DNA of 64,000 nt from Frankiaceae bacterium. GTDB lineage: Bacteria > Actinomycetota > Actinomycetes > BP-191. The stretch covers positions 173 to 64,172 of the forward strand of contig JAVEEC010000020.1 of NCBI GenBank assembly GCA_030840645.1. Direction: 5' to 3'. Positions 37,361 to 46,040 of this stretch are shown in pieces. The number at the start of each line of letters is the position of its first letter. The stretch's first letter is position 1. Under the pieces are notes generated by a model that searched no databases, had not been told where the DNA came from, and was given only the letters and a program-made list of their open reading frames with translations. Made by a program: the position numbers and the translations under genes.

Positions 37361-38067
37361 ACGACAGGGACGCGTGGGCCCGGCTGCTCGCCGGTGCCGT
37401 CGCCGAGCGCAGCGACCAGTCGCGCCGCATCTGCGACCTCTGCGTCGAGATGCTCGGCGTCACCGGCGCGGGCATCTCCCTGGTCACCGCGAGCGGCAAC
37501 CGCGGCGTCGTGTGCGCGAGCGACGACGTCGCCGCGCGGATCGAGGACCTCCAGATCACGCTCGGCGAGGGGCCGTGCGTCGATGCGGTGCGCTCGGGCG
37601 CGCCGGTCCTCGTCCCCGACCTCGACAACCCCGAGGATGTCGCCGTCGGGCGGTGGCCGGCGTTCATGGAGGGCGCCGGGACGGCGGGCGTCCGGGCGGT
37701 GTTCGCGTTCCCGGTCCGCGTCGGGGCGGCGGGGCTCGGCGCGCTCGACCTCTACCGCGCGAGCGCGGGCGCCCTCGACGGTGACCAGCTCGGCGGCGCG
37801 CTGATGGCGGCCGACGCCGCCGCGCTGGCGCTGCTCGAGCTCGACGTGGGCGCCGGCGGCGCGTTCCCCGACGGCCTCGGCACCGGGTCGGCGTACCACT
37901 CCCAGGTACACCAGGCCACGGGGATGGTGCAGGTCCAGCTCGGCGTCACGACCAAGGAGGCGTTCGCGATGCTGCGGGCACGCGCGTTCGCGCAAGGTCG
38001 CCCGCTTCTCGGGGTAGCGACAGACGTCGTCGAACGGCGCTTACGATTTGCTGCGGAGGACCGATGA
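37357..38067 (+). CDS. GAF-ANTAR domain RNA-binding regulator 1
   Basis: 236 aa. GAF-like core ([19 protein letters not shown]). C-terminal ANTAR helices ([42 protein letters not shown]). The GTG overlaps the hmuV stop. Confidence 0.8.
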   Translation: MNDRDAWARLLAGAVAERSDQSRRICDLCVEMLGVTGAGISLVTASGNRGVVCASDDVAARIEDLQITLGEGPCVDAVRSGAPVLVPDLDNPEDVAVGRWPAFMEGAGTAGVRAVFAFPVRVGAAGLGALDLYRASAGALDGDQLGGALMAADAAALALLELDVGAGGAFPDGLGTGSAYHSQVHQATGMVQVQLGVTTKEAFAMLRARAFAQGRPLLGVATDVVERRLRFAAEDR

Positions 38068-38843
38068 CTGAGGACAGCTCTCGCGGCCGGCCCGCCGCGG
38101 TGGGCAGCCGCGAGCAGGAGCTCGCCGAGATCTTCGTCGTGCTCGCGGACACCCTGGTCGACGACTACGACATCGTCGACCTGCTGGACCGGCTCGTCGG
38201 GGCCTGCGTCGACCTCCTCGGCGTCACCGCGGCCGGGCTGCTGCTCGACGACCAGCAGGGCAGGCTCGCCGTCGTCGCGTCGTCGAGCGAGGCGACCCGG
38301 CTGCTCGAGATCTTCCAGCTGCAGAACAACGAGGGGCCGTGCCTGGAGTGCGTCAGGACCGGCATCGCGGTCACCAGCGGGGACCTCGCCGCCGAGCGCG
38401 AGCGCTGGCCGCTGTTCGTCCCCGCGGCGCTCGACGCCGGGTTCCGGTCGGTCGCGGCCGTCCCGCTGCGCCTGCGCGACCAGACCATCGGCGGGCTGAA
38501 CGTCTTCGGCGAACGCGCCGAGCCGGTGCCCGCGGCGGACCAGCGGCTGGCCCAGGCGCTGGCCGACGTGGCGACCATCGGCATCCTGCAGCGGCGTTCC
38601 GTGCACCGCAGCTCGATGATGGCCGAGCAGCTGCAGCACGCCCTCAACAGCCGGATCGTCATCGAGCAGGCGAAGGGCGTCATCGCCGAGCGCAAGGGCG
38701 TCGACATGGACGCGGCGTTCGCGGCACTGCGCCGCCACGCCCGCGACCACAACCTCAAGCTCACCGAGGTCGCTCGCGCGGTGATCCAAGGGGGCACCGC
38801 GCCGGACATGCTCCCCGCCCCGCCACGCCAGGACCCGACCTAA
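38064..38843 (+). CDS. GAF-ANTAR domain RNA-binding regulator 2
   Basis: 259 aa. GAF ([15 protein letters not shown]). Canonical [51 protein letters not shown] overlap start. Confidence 0.85.
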   Translation: MTEDSSRGRPAAVGSREQELAEIFVVLADTLVDDYDIVDLLDRLVGACVDLLGVTAAGLLLDDQQGRLAVVASSSEATRLLEIFQLQNNEGPCLECVRTGIAVTSGDLAAERERWPLFVPAALDAGFRSVAAVPLRLRDQTIGGLNVFGERAEPVPAADQRLAQALADVATIGILQRRSVHRSSMMAEQLQHALNSRIVIEQAKGVIAERKGVDMDAAFAALRRHARDHNLKLTEVARAVIQGGTAPDMLPAPPRQDPT

Positions 38844-38957
38844 CTGGACACCTGGCGAGGTAACGCCAGTTCCGGCGTACGCTGGGCTGGTCGCCTCGTT
38901 CGGGCGGCCCCGTCCGGACCGCGCGGGTACGTACCTCGCGGCCTTCGGGGGAACGGC

Positions 38958-40859
38958 ATGATCCATGAGCGGCAGCTGTCAGCGGTGTTGAGCGAGTTCG
39001 CTCGCACCATGGTCACCGACTTCCCGATCCAGAGCATTCTCGACCGGTTGGTGGAGCGGATCGTCGACGTGCTCCCGGTCACCGCCGCCGGCGTGACGTT
39101 GATATCCCCTGGCATCGCCCCGTACTACATCGCCGCGTCGAACGACGCCGCGCTCGAGTTCGAGAAGCTCCAGACGGCGTCCGGCGAAGGGCCGTGCGTC
39201 GCCGCGTTCCAGACCGGCGAGGCGGTCAGCGTCCCCGACCTCGGCGCCGACGACCGGTTCCCGGCGTTCGCCAACGCGGCCGCGCAGGCCGGCCTCGCCG
39301 CGGTGTTCACGTTCCCGTTGCGTCACGACGAAGGCCGGCTCGGGGCCCTCGACCTCTACCGCGACACCACAGGGCCGCTGGACCCGGACGACATGGCCGC
39401 GGCGCAGACCCTCGCCGACGTCGCCGCCGCCTACCTGCTGAACGCCCAGGCCCGCCAGGAGGCCGGTGAGACCGCCGACCGGCTGATCGCCAGCACGCTG
39501 CACGACCCGCTGACGGGGCTGCCGAATCGCGTGCTGCTGCAGCAGCGCCTCGCGCACGCGGCGGAACGCGCGCAGCGTTCGCACTCCGAGGCCGCCGTGC
39601 TCTTCGCCGACCTCGACGGCTTCAAGCAGGTCAACGACGTCCACGGGCACGGGGTCGGCGACGAGCTGCTCGTCGCGGTGGCCGAGCGGCTGTCCGCGCT
39701 GCTACGGCCGGGTGACACCCTGGCGCGCGTCTCCGGCGACGAGTTCGTGATCCTCTGCGAGGACCTCCAGGCCGCCTCCGACATCGACGACCTGGCCAAC
39801 CGCATCGACAACGCGTTCACCACGCCGTTCGCCGTCGCGGACAAGGATGCGGCGCCGGTCGAGATCAGCATCACCGCCAGCGTGGGGATGGCGTTCTCCG
39901 GGCACGCCGAAGACATCACCCGGCACCTGGTCCGCGACGCCGACATCGCGATGTACCAGGCCAAGCGCAAGGGCGGCGCCGCCCATCAGGTCATCGACCT
40001 GCACGAGGCCCGCAGGGCCGCCGACCTCGACGAGATGTACCGCGACCTGCGCACGGCGTTCTGCCAGGACGAGCTCACCGTGGCGTACCAGCCGATCGTG
40101 TCCGTCGCGGACGGGCTCGTGACGGGCGTCGAGGCGCTGCTGCGCTGGGTCCACCCGATCCGCGGCCCGGTCCCGACTCTGTCGATGATCGGCGTTGCCG
40201 AGGAGAGCTCGCTGATCGTGAGCATCGGCGCGTGGGTCCTCGAACGCGGCTGCCGGGACTCGATGCGCTACCTGCACGAGCGCCCGGACGCGCCCCTGGA
40301 CCTGGCCGTGAACGTGTCGGTGCGCCAGCTGATGGGCGCCGGGTTCGCGGACACCGTCCTGCAGGTGCTCGACCGGACCGGCATGCGCGCATCGCGGCTG
40401 ATCCTGGAGATGACCGAGAGCATCTTCCTGGACGACGGCGCCCGCGCGATGACCGTGCTCGCGGACCTCAAGGACCTCGGCGTCCGGCTGGCGCTGGACG
40501 ACTTCGGGACCGGCTACTCGTCGCTGAACTACCTGCGCAGGTTCCCCGTCGACATCGTCAAGATCGACCAGGCGTACGTCGCCGGCATCGGCGACCAGCA
40601 GCGCGGCACCGAGATCGTCGGCGCGGTCACCGGCCTCGCCCACGCGCTGGGCCTCAGCGTCACCGCGGAAGGCGTCGAGACCTCCGACCAGCACGACATC
40701 GTCGTGGCGGTCGGCTGCGACTCCGCGCAGGGCTTCCACTACGCGCCGGCGCTGACGTTCGACGAGCTCGCCGCCCGGCTGCGGGCGCACCCGGCCGGGC
40801 TGCTGCGCCTGCCGGACGAGATCGTGCTGCCGGAGCCGGCGGTCGGCGCGGGCGCCTGA
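38958..40859 (+). CDS. GAF-GGDEF-EAL cyclic-di-GMP turnover protein
   Basis: 633 aa. GAF N-domain; diguanylate-cyclase domain with a degenerate SGDEF site (RVSGDEFVIL); EAL domain (EALLRW, DDFGTGYSSL, KIDQAYV). Confidence 0.9.
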   Translation: MIHERQLSAVLSEFARTMVTDFPIQSILDRLVERIVDVLPVTAAGVTLISPGIAPYYIAASNDAALEFEKLQTASGEGPCVAAFQTGEAVSVPDLGADDRFPAFANAAAQAGLAAVFTFPLRHDEGRLGALDLYRDTTGPLDPDDMAAAQTLADVAAAYLLNAQARQEAGETADRLIASTLHDPLTGLPNRVLLQQRLAHAAERAQRSHSEAAVLFADLDGFKQVNDVHGHGVGDELLVAVAERLSALLRPGDTLARVSGDEFVILCEDLQAASDIDDLANRIDNAFTTPFAVADKDAAPVEISITASVGMAFSGHAEDITRHLVRDADIAMYQAKRKGGAAHQVIDLHEARRAADLDEMYRDLRTAFCQDELTVAYQPIVSVADGLVTGVEALLRWVHPIRGPVPTLSMIGVAEESSLIVSIGAWVLERGCRDSMRYLHERPDAPLDLAVNVSVRQLMGAGFADTVLQVLDRTGMRASRLILEMTESIFLDDGARAMTVLADLKDLGVRLALDDFGTGYSSLNYLRRFPVDIVKIDQAYVAGIGDQQRGTEIVGAVTGLAHALGLSVTAEGVETSDQHDIVVAVGCDSAQGFHYAPALTFDELAARLRAHPAGLLRLPDEIVLPEPAVGAGA

Positions 40860-40863
40860 GACG

Positions 40864-42327
40864 TCAGGCGGCGCTGTCCCGCGGCGTCAGGCAGGCGTAG
40901 CCGAACACCGACGACGGCCCGAAGAACGGCACCTTCGCCGGCGCCGCACCGAGCCACGAGGCGCGGATCGGCGCGACGACCGTCGGCGCGGGGCCCGCGG
41001 TCTTCTTCACCCGCAGCACGTCGATGCCGCGGGCGACGTCGGCGGTGTAGACGATGTCGTCGGTGACCCAGTACGCGCCCCAGGCGACGCCGTTCGGCGG
41101 CAGCCAGTAGCCGACCTGGCGGATGTCCTTCGGGTTGCGCGTGTCCAGCAGCCGCAGCCCCTGCTCGTACCAGCCGACGGCCGCGATGCCGCCCCGCTCG
41201 CGGAACCAGTGCGAGGAGCAGTTGGCGGTGACGGGGGCCTTGGAGCCGTTCAGCAGCGGAACGCCCTCGACCTCGGTGAGCCACTGGTCGAGCAGGCCCA
41301 TCGTCCTGCCGCTCTCGTGGCCGCGGACGTCCCATGTCTGGAACTTGCCCTGGCCGCGGCAGCCGCCGGGCGGCGTCTCGCCGGTGTCGACGTAGTCCTC
41401 CTCGGTGACGAGGAGGACGTCGCCCTTGGCGAGGTTATTGCCGGCGTGCTTCTTGTACGACGTGGCCGACGGGCGGATGGCGTTGTGCAGGATGAAGTCG
41501 TTGACCTTCTCCTCGGTGCCCTGCTTGCCGGTCGTGGCGAGCAGCTTGGGGTGCACGGGGTCCTTCGTGGAGTACGCCGCCGCGCCGCCAGAGCCGGTGA
41601 CCCAGACGGTGCCGGTCGCGTCGCGCTCGGCGTCGTGGGTGGCGCCGGTGCCGATCTTGCCCGGCGTGCCGAAGCCCGCGCTGCCCGCCGACGTCGGCGA
41701 CGCGAACGCGCCCGCCAGCAGCGGGTTGTGGACGTCGCGCAGGTCGACGACCCAGACGCGGTTGCCGCCGGTGAGCCAGACCCACTTGCAGCCGTCCTTG
41801 ACGCAGTTCGCGATGTGGCCAGGCCCGCGCTCCGTGGAGGTGATCTGGCTGAGCGAGAGCACCGATGCCAGCGCAGGCGACGCCGGGTTGGTCACGTCGA
41901 CGACGTAGAGGGCGCCGCCCTTGTTCTCCTTCTCGCGGTCGTTCGCGATGAGCACGATCTTGCCGTCGCTCTCGACGTCCTCGTTCTCGAAGTGCGCGAT
42001 CGGCAGCACCGAGACGACCTTCGGCGCGGCCGGCGTGCTGATGTCGAGGATCGTCAGGCCGGACCAGCCGGTGACGTACGCGTACTTGCCGACGATCCGC
42101 ATGCCCGCGGCGGAGCCCGGGACGGTCGTGAGCAGCTCGACGTTGTCGGAGGAGAGGGGGCCGACGCCGGTCGCCAGCGTGGTGCCGACCCGCTCGGCCG
42201 TGTGCTGGGCGAGGGCCAGGGGCGTGGGCGCCGGCGCGCGGCCGGGCGCGCCGAGGGCCGGCGTGGACAGCGCGAGCGCCGAGGCGGCAACGACGGCGGT
42301 CCCCGCCCACCGGAACGACAGGCTCAT
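40864..42327 (-). CDS. Secreted LVIVD-repeat beta-propeller protein (paralogue type of 55..1476)
   Basis: ATG 42327 with a GGAGGAG RBS. Signal peptide MSLSFRWAGTAVVAASALALSTPALGA. Strands LTILDISTPAAPK, LYVVDVTNPASPA, VWVVDLRDVHNP. The longer ORF to 43536 is a shadow over the next gene. Confidence 0.8.
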   Translation of the reverse strand: MSLSFRWAGTAVVAASALALSTPALGAPGRAPAPTPLALAQHTAERVGTTLATGVGPLSSDNVELLTTVPGSAAGMRIVGKYAYVTGWSGLTILDISTPAAPKVVSVLPIAHFENEDVESDGKIVLIANDREKENKGGALYVVDVTNPASPALASVLSLSQITSTERGPGHIANCVKDGCKWVWLTGGNRVWVVDLRDVHNPLLAGAFASPTSAGSAGFGTPGKIGTGATHDAERDATGTVWVTGSGGAAAYSTKDPVHPKLLATTGKQGTEEKVNDFILHNAIRPSATSYKKHAGNNLAKGDVLLVTEEDYVDTGETPPGGCRGQGKFQTWDVRGHESGRTMGLLDQWLTEVEGVPLLNGSKAPVTANCSSHWFRERGGIAAVGWYEQGLRLLDTRNPKDIRQVGYWLPPNGVAWGAYWVTDDIVYTADVARGIDVLRVKKTAGPAPTVVAPIRASWLGAAPAKVPFFGPSSVFGYACLTPRDSAA

Positions 42328-42407
42328 GATTGCTCCTCCGTAGACGAACGCGTGCAGGTCCAGTTCGACACCGGACCCCCACGTCCTCTTCGCGACGAGC
42401 GCCTGGT

Positions 42408-43796
42408 TCAGCGGATGCCGGCGCCGGCCTCCCCCTCGCCGCGCGGGATCCAGACCGTCTCCGGCTCGCCCCGCAGCACGGCGTTGACAAACTCCACGCC
42501 CTGCATCGCCGAGTGGTCCATGTTGCCGATCTCGTAGAGCCACCCGCCGAACCGCCCCCGCGACCAGATGTCGTGCGAACGCAGCCACGGCTGGATGGTG
42601 CCGAGCGCCGCGTCCCGGCCGACGGACGGCACGGGGTAGGACATGTCCGGCGAGCAGAGCCAGCGGTCCGCGATCAGGTCGCGGTCGGACTCCTCCATCA
42701 GCCCGGTGGCCTGCAGCCCGTCGACGACGCGTTCGACGATGGTGGCGGGGTCCTCCGGCTTGTACCGGGACCGCGACGTCTCCGTCAGGAAGATGGTCTG
42801 GTCGGGCCGCGGCGTGAGGTACGGCGAGTAGTTGGAGAGGTACGTGACCCGGTAGAACGGCACGTCCGGCTCGGGGAAGTAGATCCAGTTCTTGCTCGAC
42901 AGCGCGGGCCGGTCCACGCCGATGCCGACGATGTGCGAGCCGCTCCACACCAGGTCGCCGGCCGCGTCGCGGACCACGCCGGGCACGCCGCTGGTCATCG
43001 AGTCGACCAACTTGGTCAACGGCATGGTGTTGAGCAGGACGTCGTACGGCCACCGCCGTCCGTCGGCGGTCGTGACGACCTTCGCCACCGGGTCGACCGA
43101 CGCGACCGGTGTGGACAGCTCGAGGCGGTGCTCCACGTACTTCCGCATGCCCTCGTACAGGAAGCCGGTGCCGCCGCGCAGCGGGTACTTGAACGTGGAG
43201 TTCGGCCCCCACTGCGTCTCCGGCTTCTCGAACAGCACGTTGCGCAGCAGGTCCTCGACGTCGACGACCGCGACCCGCTCGCCGATCCAGACGTAGTTCA
43301 TCAGCTCCGGCGGCGTGGCCCAGACCTTGAAGTTGTACGGCAGCATGAAGTGCTTCGCGATGCCGTCGCCCATCGTCGCGAGGACCCACTCGCGGAAGTT
43401 CGCAGGCGCCGCGCCGGACGCCTCGTAGCGCGCCCTGACCGCGCCGGTCACGCAGTCGAAGACGGTCTGCGGCTCGAGCCCGCCGATGTTGTTCTGGAAC
43501 GGGTACGGGATGAAGCGGTCCTCCATCCACACCCACGCCTCGCGGTTCAGCGTCGTGTACTCGTCGCCCATCAGGCGTTCGACGAGGTCGTCGTAGTACG
43601 GGTAGTGGCTGAACATGACGTGGCCGCCCACGTCGTAGGTGAACCCGTTCTCCGACGTGAACGACGTGGCGAGGCCGCCGACGCGGTCGCTCGCCTCGAG
43701 GATCACCCAGTCGTCGTAGCCGAGCTCGTTCAGCCGGTACCCGGCGCCGAGGCCGGTGGGCCCGGCGCCGATGATGACGATGCGCGGGTCGTCCAT
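42408..43796 (-). CDS. FAD-dependent UDP-galactopyranose-mutase-like oxidoreductase (long, eukaryote-like form)
   Basis: 462 aa. IVIIGAGPTGLGAGYRL dinucleotide fold. Motif series DVGGHVMFSHYPYYDD, YPFQNNI, LPYNFKVWA, WIGERVA, WGPNSTFKYPLRGGTG, WIYFPEPDVPFYRVTYLSNYSPY, DIWSRGRFGGWLYEIGNMDHS. This mirrors fungal/kinetoplastid UGM as I remember it, not E. coli-type Glf. Confidence 0.6.
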   Translation of the reverse strand: MDDPRIVIIGAGPTGLGAGYRLNELGYDDWVILEASDRVGGLATSFTSENGFTYDVGGHVMFSHYPYYDDLVERLMGDEYTTLNREAWVWMEDRFIPYPFQNNIGGLEPQTVFDCVTGAVRARYEASGAAPANFREWVLATMGDGIAKHFMLPYNFKVWATPPELMNYVWIGERVAVVDVEDLLRNVLFEKPETQWGPNSTFKYPLRGGTGFLYEGMRKYVEHRLELSTPVASVDPVAKVVTTADGRRWPYDVLLNTMPLTKLVDSMTSGVPGVVRDAAGDLVWSGSHIVGIGVDRPALSSKNWIYFPEPDVPFYRVTYLSNYSPYLTPRPDQTIFLTETSRSRYKPEDPATIVERVVDGLQATGLMEESDRDLIADRWLCSPDMSYPVPSVGRDAALGTIQPWLRSHDIWSRGRFGGWLYEIGNMDHSAMQGVEFVNAVLRGEPETVWIPRGEGEAGAGIR

Positions 43797-44953
43797 CACG
43801 CCGTCTCCTCGGCGACGGCGACCGAGCCCGCGACCTCGTCCATGAGGCGTTCCATCTCGCCGGCGATCCAGTCCCAGCGGTACCTGGTGAGGACGGACGC
43901 GAGCCGCGCGTCGCGGTCGGCGACGTCGTGGCCGCGGACCTCGCGGCAGGCCGCCGCGAAGGCGGCGCCGTCGTCCGCGAGCCGCACGAACGCGCCGAAG
44001 TCGCTCACCACGTCCGGCACCCGGGTCGAGACAACGGGCAGGCCGGCCGCGAGGTACTCCAGCGTCTTGGTCGGGCTGATCGAGCGGGTGGCGTCGTTGA
44101 GCGCGAACGGCATCAGCGCCACGTCGAAGCCGCCCATGACGTCGGGCAGCTTGTCGTACGGCTGCTTGCCTGGGTAGTCGAGGTTCGGCGCCTGGGGCAG
44201 CGTCGCCGGGTCGATCTTGGTGACGGGGCCGACGAGGCGGACGTCCCACTCGGGCAGCGCGGCCGCCAGGTCGGCGACCAGCCCGAGGTCGAGGCGTTCG
44301 TCGATGACGCCGACGTAGCCCGCGACCGGCCGGCCGCGCCGCGCCCGCCGGAGCCGGCGCGCGGGGGCGTAGTGCTCGGCGTCGACGCCGCTCGGGAACA
44401 GGTACGTCTGCGGGTTGTGTCCCGCGACGCCCCGGTGGATCGACCGCCCACCGGTGAACACGACCGACGCCTGCTGGAGCGCCTGGCGCTCGCGCAGCAG
44501 CAGCGCGGGCGGCGCGCCGGCGAACGACGACAGGTCGTCCATCACGTCGTACACGAGCAGCCGCGGCACCAGCGCGAGGGCGAGGTCGAGCCCCATCGGC
44601 GTGTAGAGCCAGACGTCGCGCGCGCCGGCCGGGACGCCGAGCAGCGCGGTGAGCCGCGCCGGGTACGACTCCGCGCCGGGGTCGCCGAAGCCGAGGTGCG
44701 TCCCCGCGGTGCCGGGGACCTCGAGCCAGACCCGCGTGACCGCCCCGGCGTCGACGGTGACGATCCGCGGCTCGACGATGCCGTCGACGGAGACGGGCTC
44801 CTCTACGAACCACGTGCGCCGCCCGCGCCCCACCCGCGAGATGAGGTGCTGCGGGCGCTGCCACACCCAGTCCCACCGCAGGTGGGACACCACCACCAGC
44901 TCGTCCTGCTCCGACGCGTGCACTCCGTCCTCCCCGTTGGGAAAGGCCCGCAT
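43796..44953 (-). CDS. GT-B fold glycosyltransferase (GT1/GT4-like)
   Basis: 385 aa. C-terminal nucleotide-sugar binding pattern GYVGVIDERLD...PYDKLPDVMGGFDVALMPF...SPTKTLEYLAAGLPVVST. Its stop overlaps the UGM-like start (ATGA). Confidence 0.7.
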   Translation of the reverse strand: MRAFPNGEDGVHASEQDELVVVSHLRWDWVWQRPQHLISRVGRGRRTWFVEEPVSVDGIVEPRIVTVDAGAVTRVWLEVPGTAGTHLGFGDPGAESYPARLTALLGVPAGARDVWLYTPMGLDLALALVPRLLVYDVMDDLSSFAGAPPALLLRERQALQQASVVFTGGRSIHRGVAGHNPQTYLFPSGVDAEHYAPARRLRRARRGRPVAGYVGVIDERLDLGLVADLAAALPEWDVRLVGPVTKIDPATLPQAPNLDYPGKQPYDKLPDVMGGFDVALMPFALNDATRSISPTKTLEYLAAGLPVVSTRVPDVVSDFGAFVRLADDGAAFAAACREVRGHDVADRDARLASVLTRYRWDWIAGEMERLMDEVAGSVAVAEETA

Positions 44954-45041
44954 GGGCTGCGGGCCGCTGCGCCATGCCTACCCGGCCCGACTCGGCCGCT
45001 AACGTCGCGGACCGCGGCCCGCACCCCACCCGTGACGCCGC

Positions 45042-46040
45042 TCAGGGGCGGGGCGCCCGGTCGCGTTCGAGGACCGCGCGCAGCTCGGCGGCGGTGCGCT
45101 CGGGAACGGTGTCATTGACGAACGCCCCGCCGCCGAGCTCGGACCCGGCGAGGTACTTCAGCTTCGTCGCGGTGCGGTGCGGCGGCGTCAGCTCGATGTG
45201 CAGGTGGCTGACGTGCTGCCACTGGCCGTCGTCGGTCGGCGCCTGGTGCATCGACATGACGTACGGCATCGGGAAGCCGAACAACCCGTCGTACGCCCGC
45301 AGCACGGCCCGCAGCACCTCGGCGAGGCGGAGGCGTTCCGGGGCGGTCACGTCGAGCAGCGAGGCCGCGTGCCTGCGCATGGTGACGTGGACCTCGTACG
45401 GGTACCGCGCCCAGTACGGCACGTAGGCGACGACGCTCTCGTTGCCGCAGACGACGCGCACGCCGTCGACCCGCTCGCGCGCCACCACGTCGCAGTACAC
45501 GCAGGTGCCCTGCGCCGCGAAGTGGTCCAGCGCCGCGGTCAGCTCGCGCATCGGGCGCGGGGGGATCTCCGGGTACGCGTACACCTGGCCGTGCGGGTGG
45601 TGCAGCGTGACGCCCATCGCCTCGCCCTTGTTCTCGAACACGAACACGTAGGCGACCTCGTCGCGGCGGCCCAGCTCGGCGTACCTGTCCGCCCACACGT
45701 CCACCAGCCGGGCGAGCCGCTCGGCCGGCATGTCGGCGAGCTTCAGGTCGTGGTCGTCCGAGTACACGATGACCTCGGTGGCGCCGCGCGCGGGCGCGAC
45801 GTCGTACACGCCTGACGGAGGCGCGACGGGCTGCGGTGCGTCCGCGGTGAGCGAAGGGAACTTGTTGTCGAAGACGACGAAGTCGTACGCCGCCCGCGGG
45901 ACCTCGGTCGGGTGCTCAGGGTCGCGCGTGGGGCAGAGAGGGCACTGGTCGGCGGGCGGCAGGAACGTCCGGTCCTGCCGGTGCGTCGCGAACGTCGTCC
46001 AATCGCCGGTCGTCGGGTCGCGCCGCCGCTCGCCGCTCAC
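45042..46040 (-). CDS. galT: Galactose-1-phosphate uridylyltransferase
   Basis: 332 aa. Zn site CPLCP; active-site HHPHGQ (HPH motif); FENKG, VPYWARYPYE. The GTG start overlaps the GH2 stop (GTGA). Confidence 0.9.
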   Translation of the reverse strand: MSGERRRDPTTGDWTTFATHRQDRTFLPPADQCPLCPTRDPEHPTEVPRAAYDFVVFDNKFPSLTADAPQPVAPPSGVYDVAPARGATEVIVYSDDHDLKLADMPAERLARLVDVWADRYAELGRRDEVAYVFVFENKGEAMGVTLHHPHGQVYAYPEIPPRPMRELTAALDHFAAQGTCVYCDVVARERVDGVRVVCGNESVVAYVPYWARYPYEVHVTMRRHAASLLDVTAPERLRLAEVLRAVLRAYDGLFGFPMPYVMSMHQAPTDDGQWQHVSHLHIELTPPHRTATKLKYLAGSELGGGAFVNDTVPERTAAELRAVLERDRAPRP

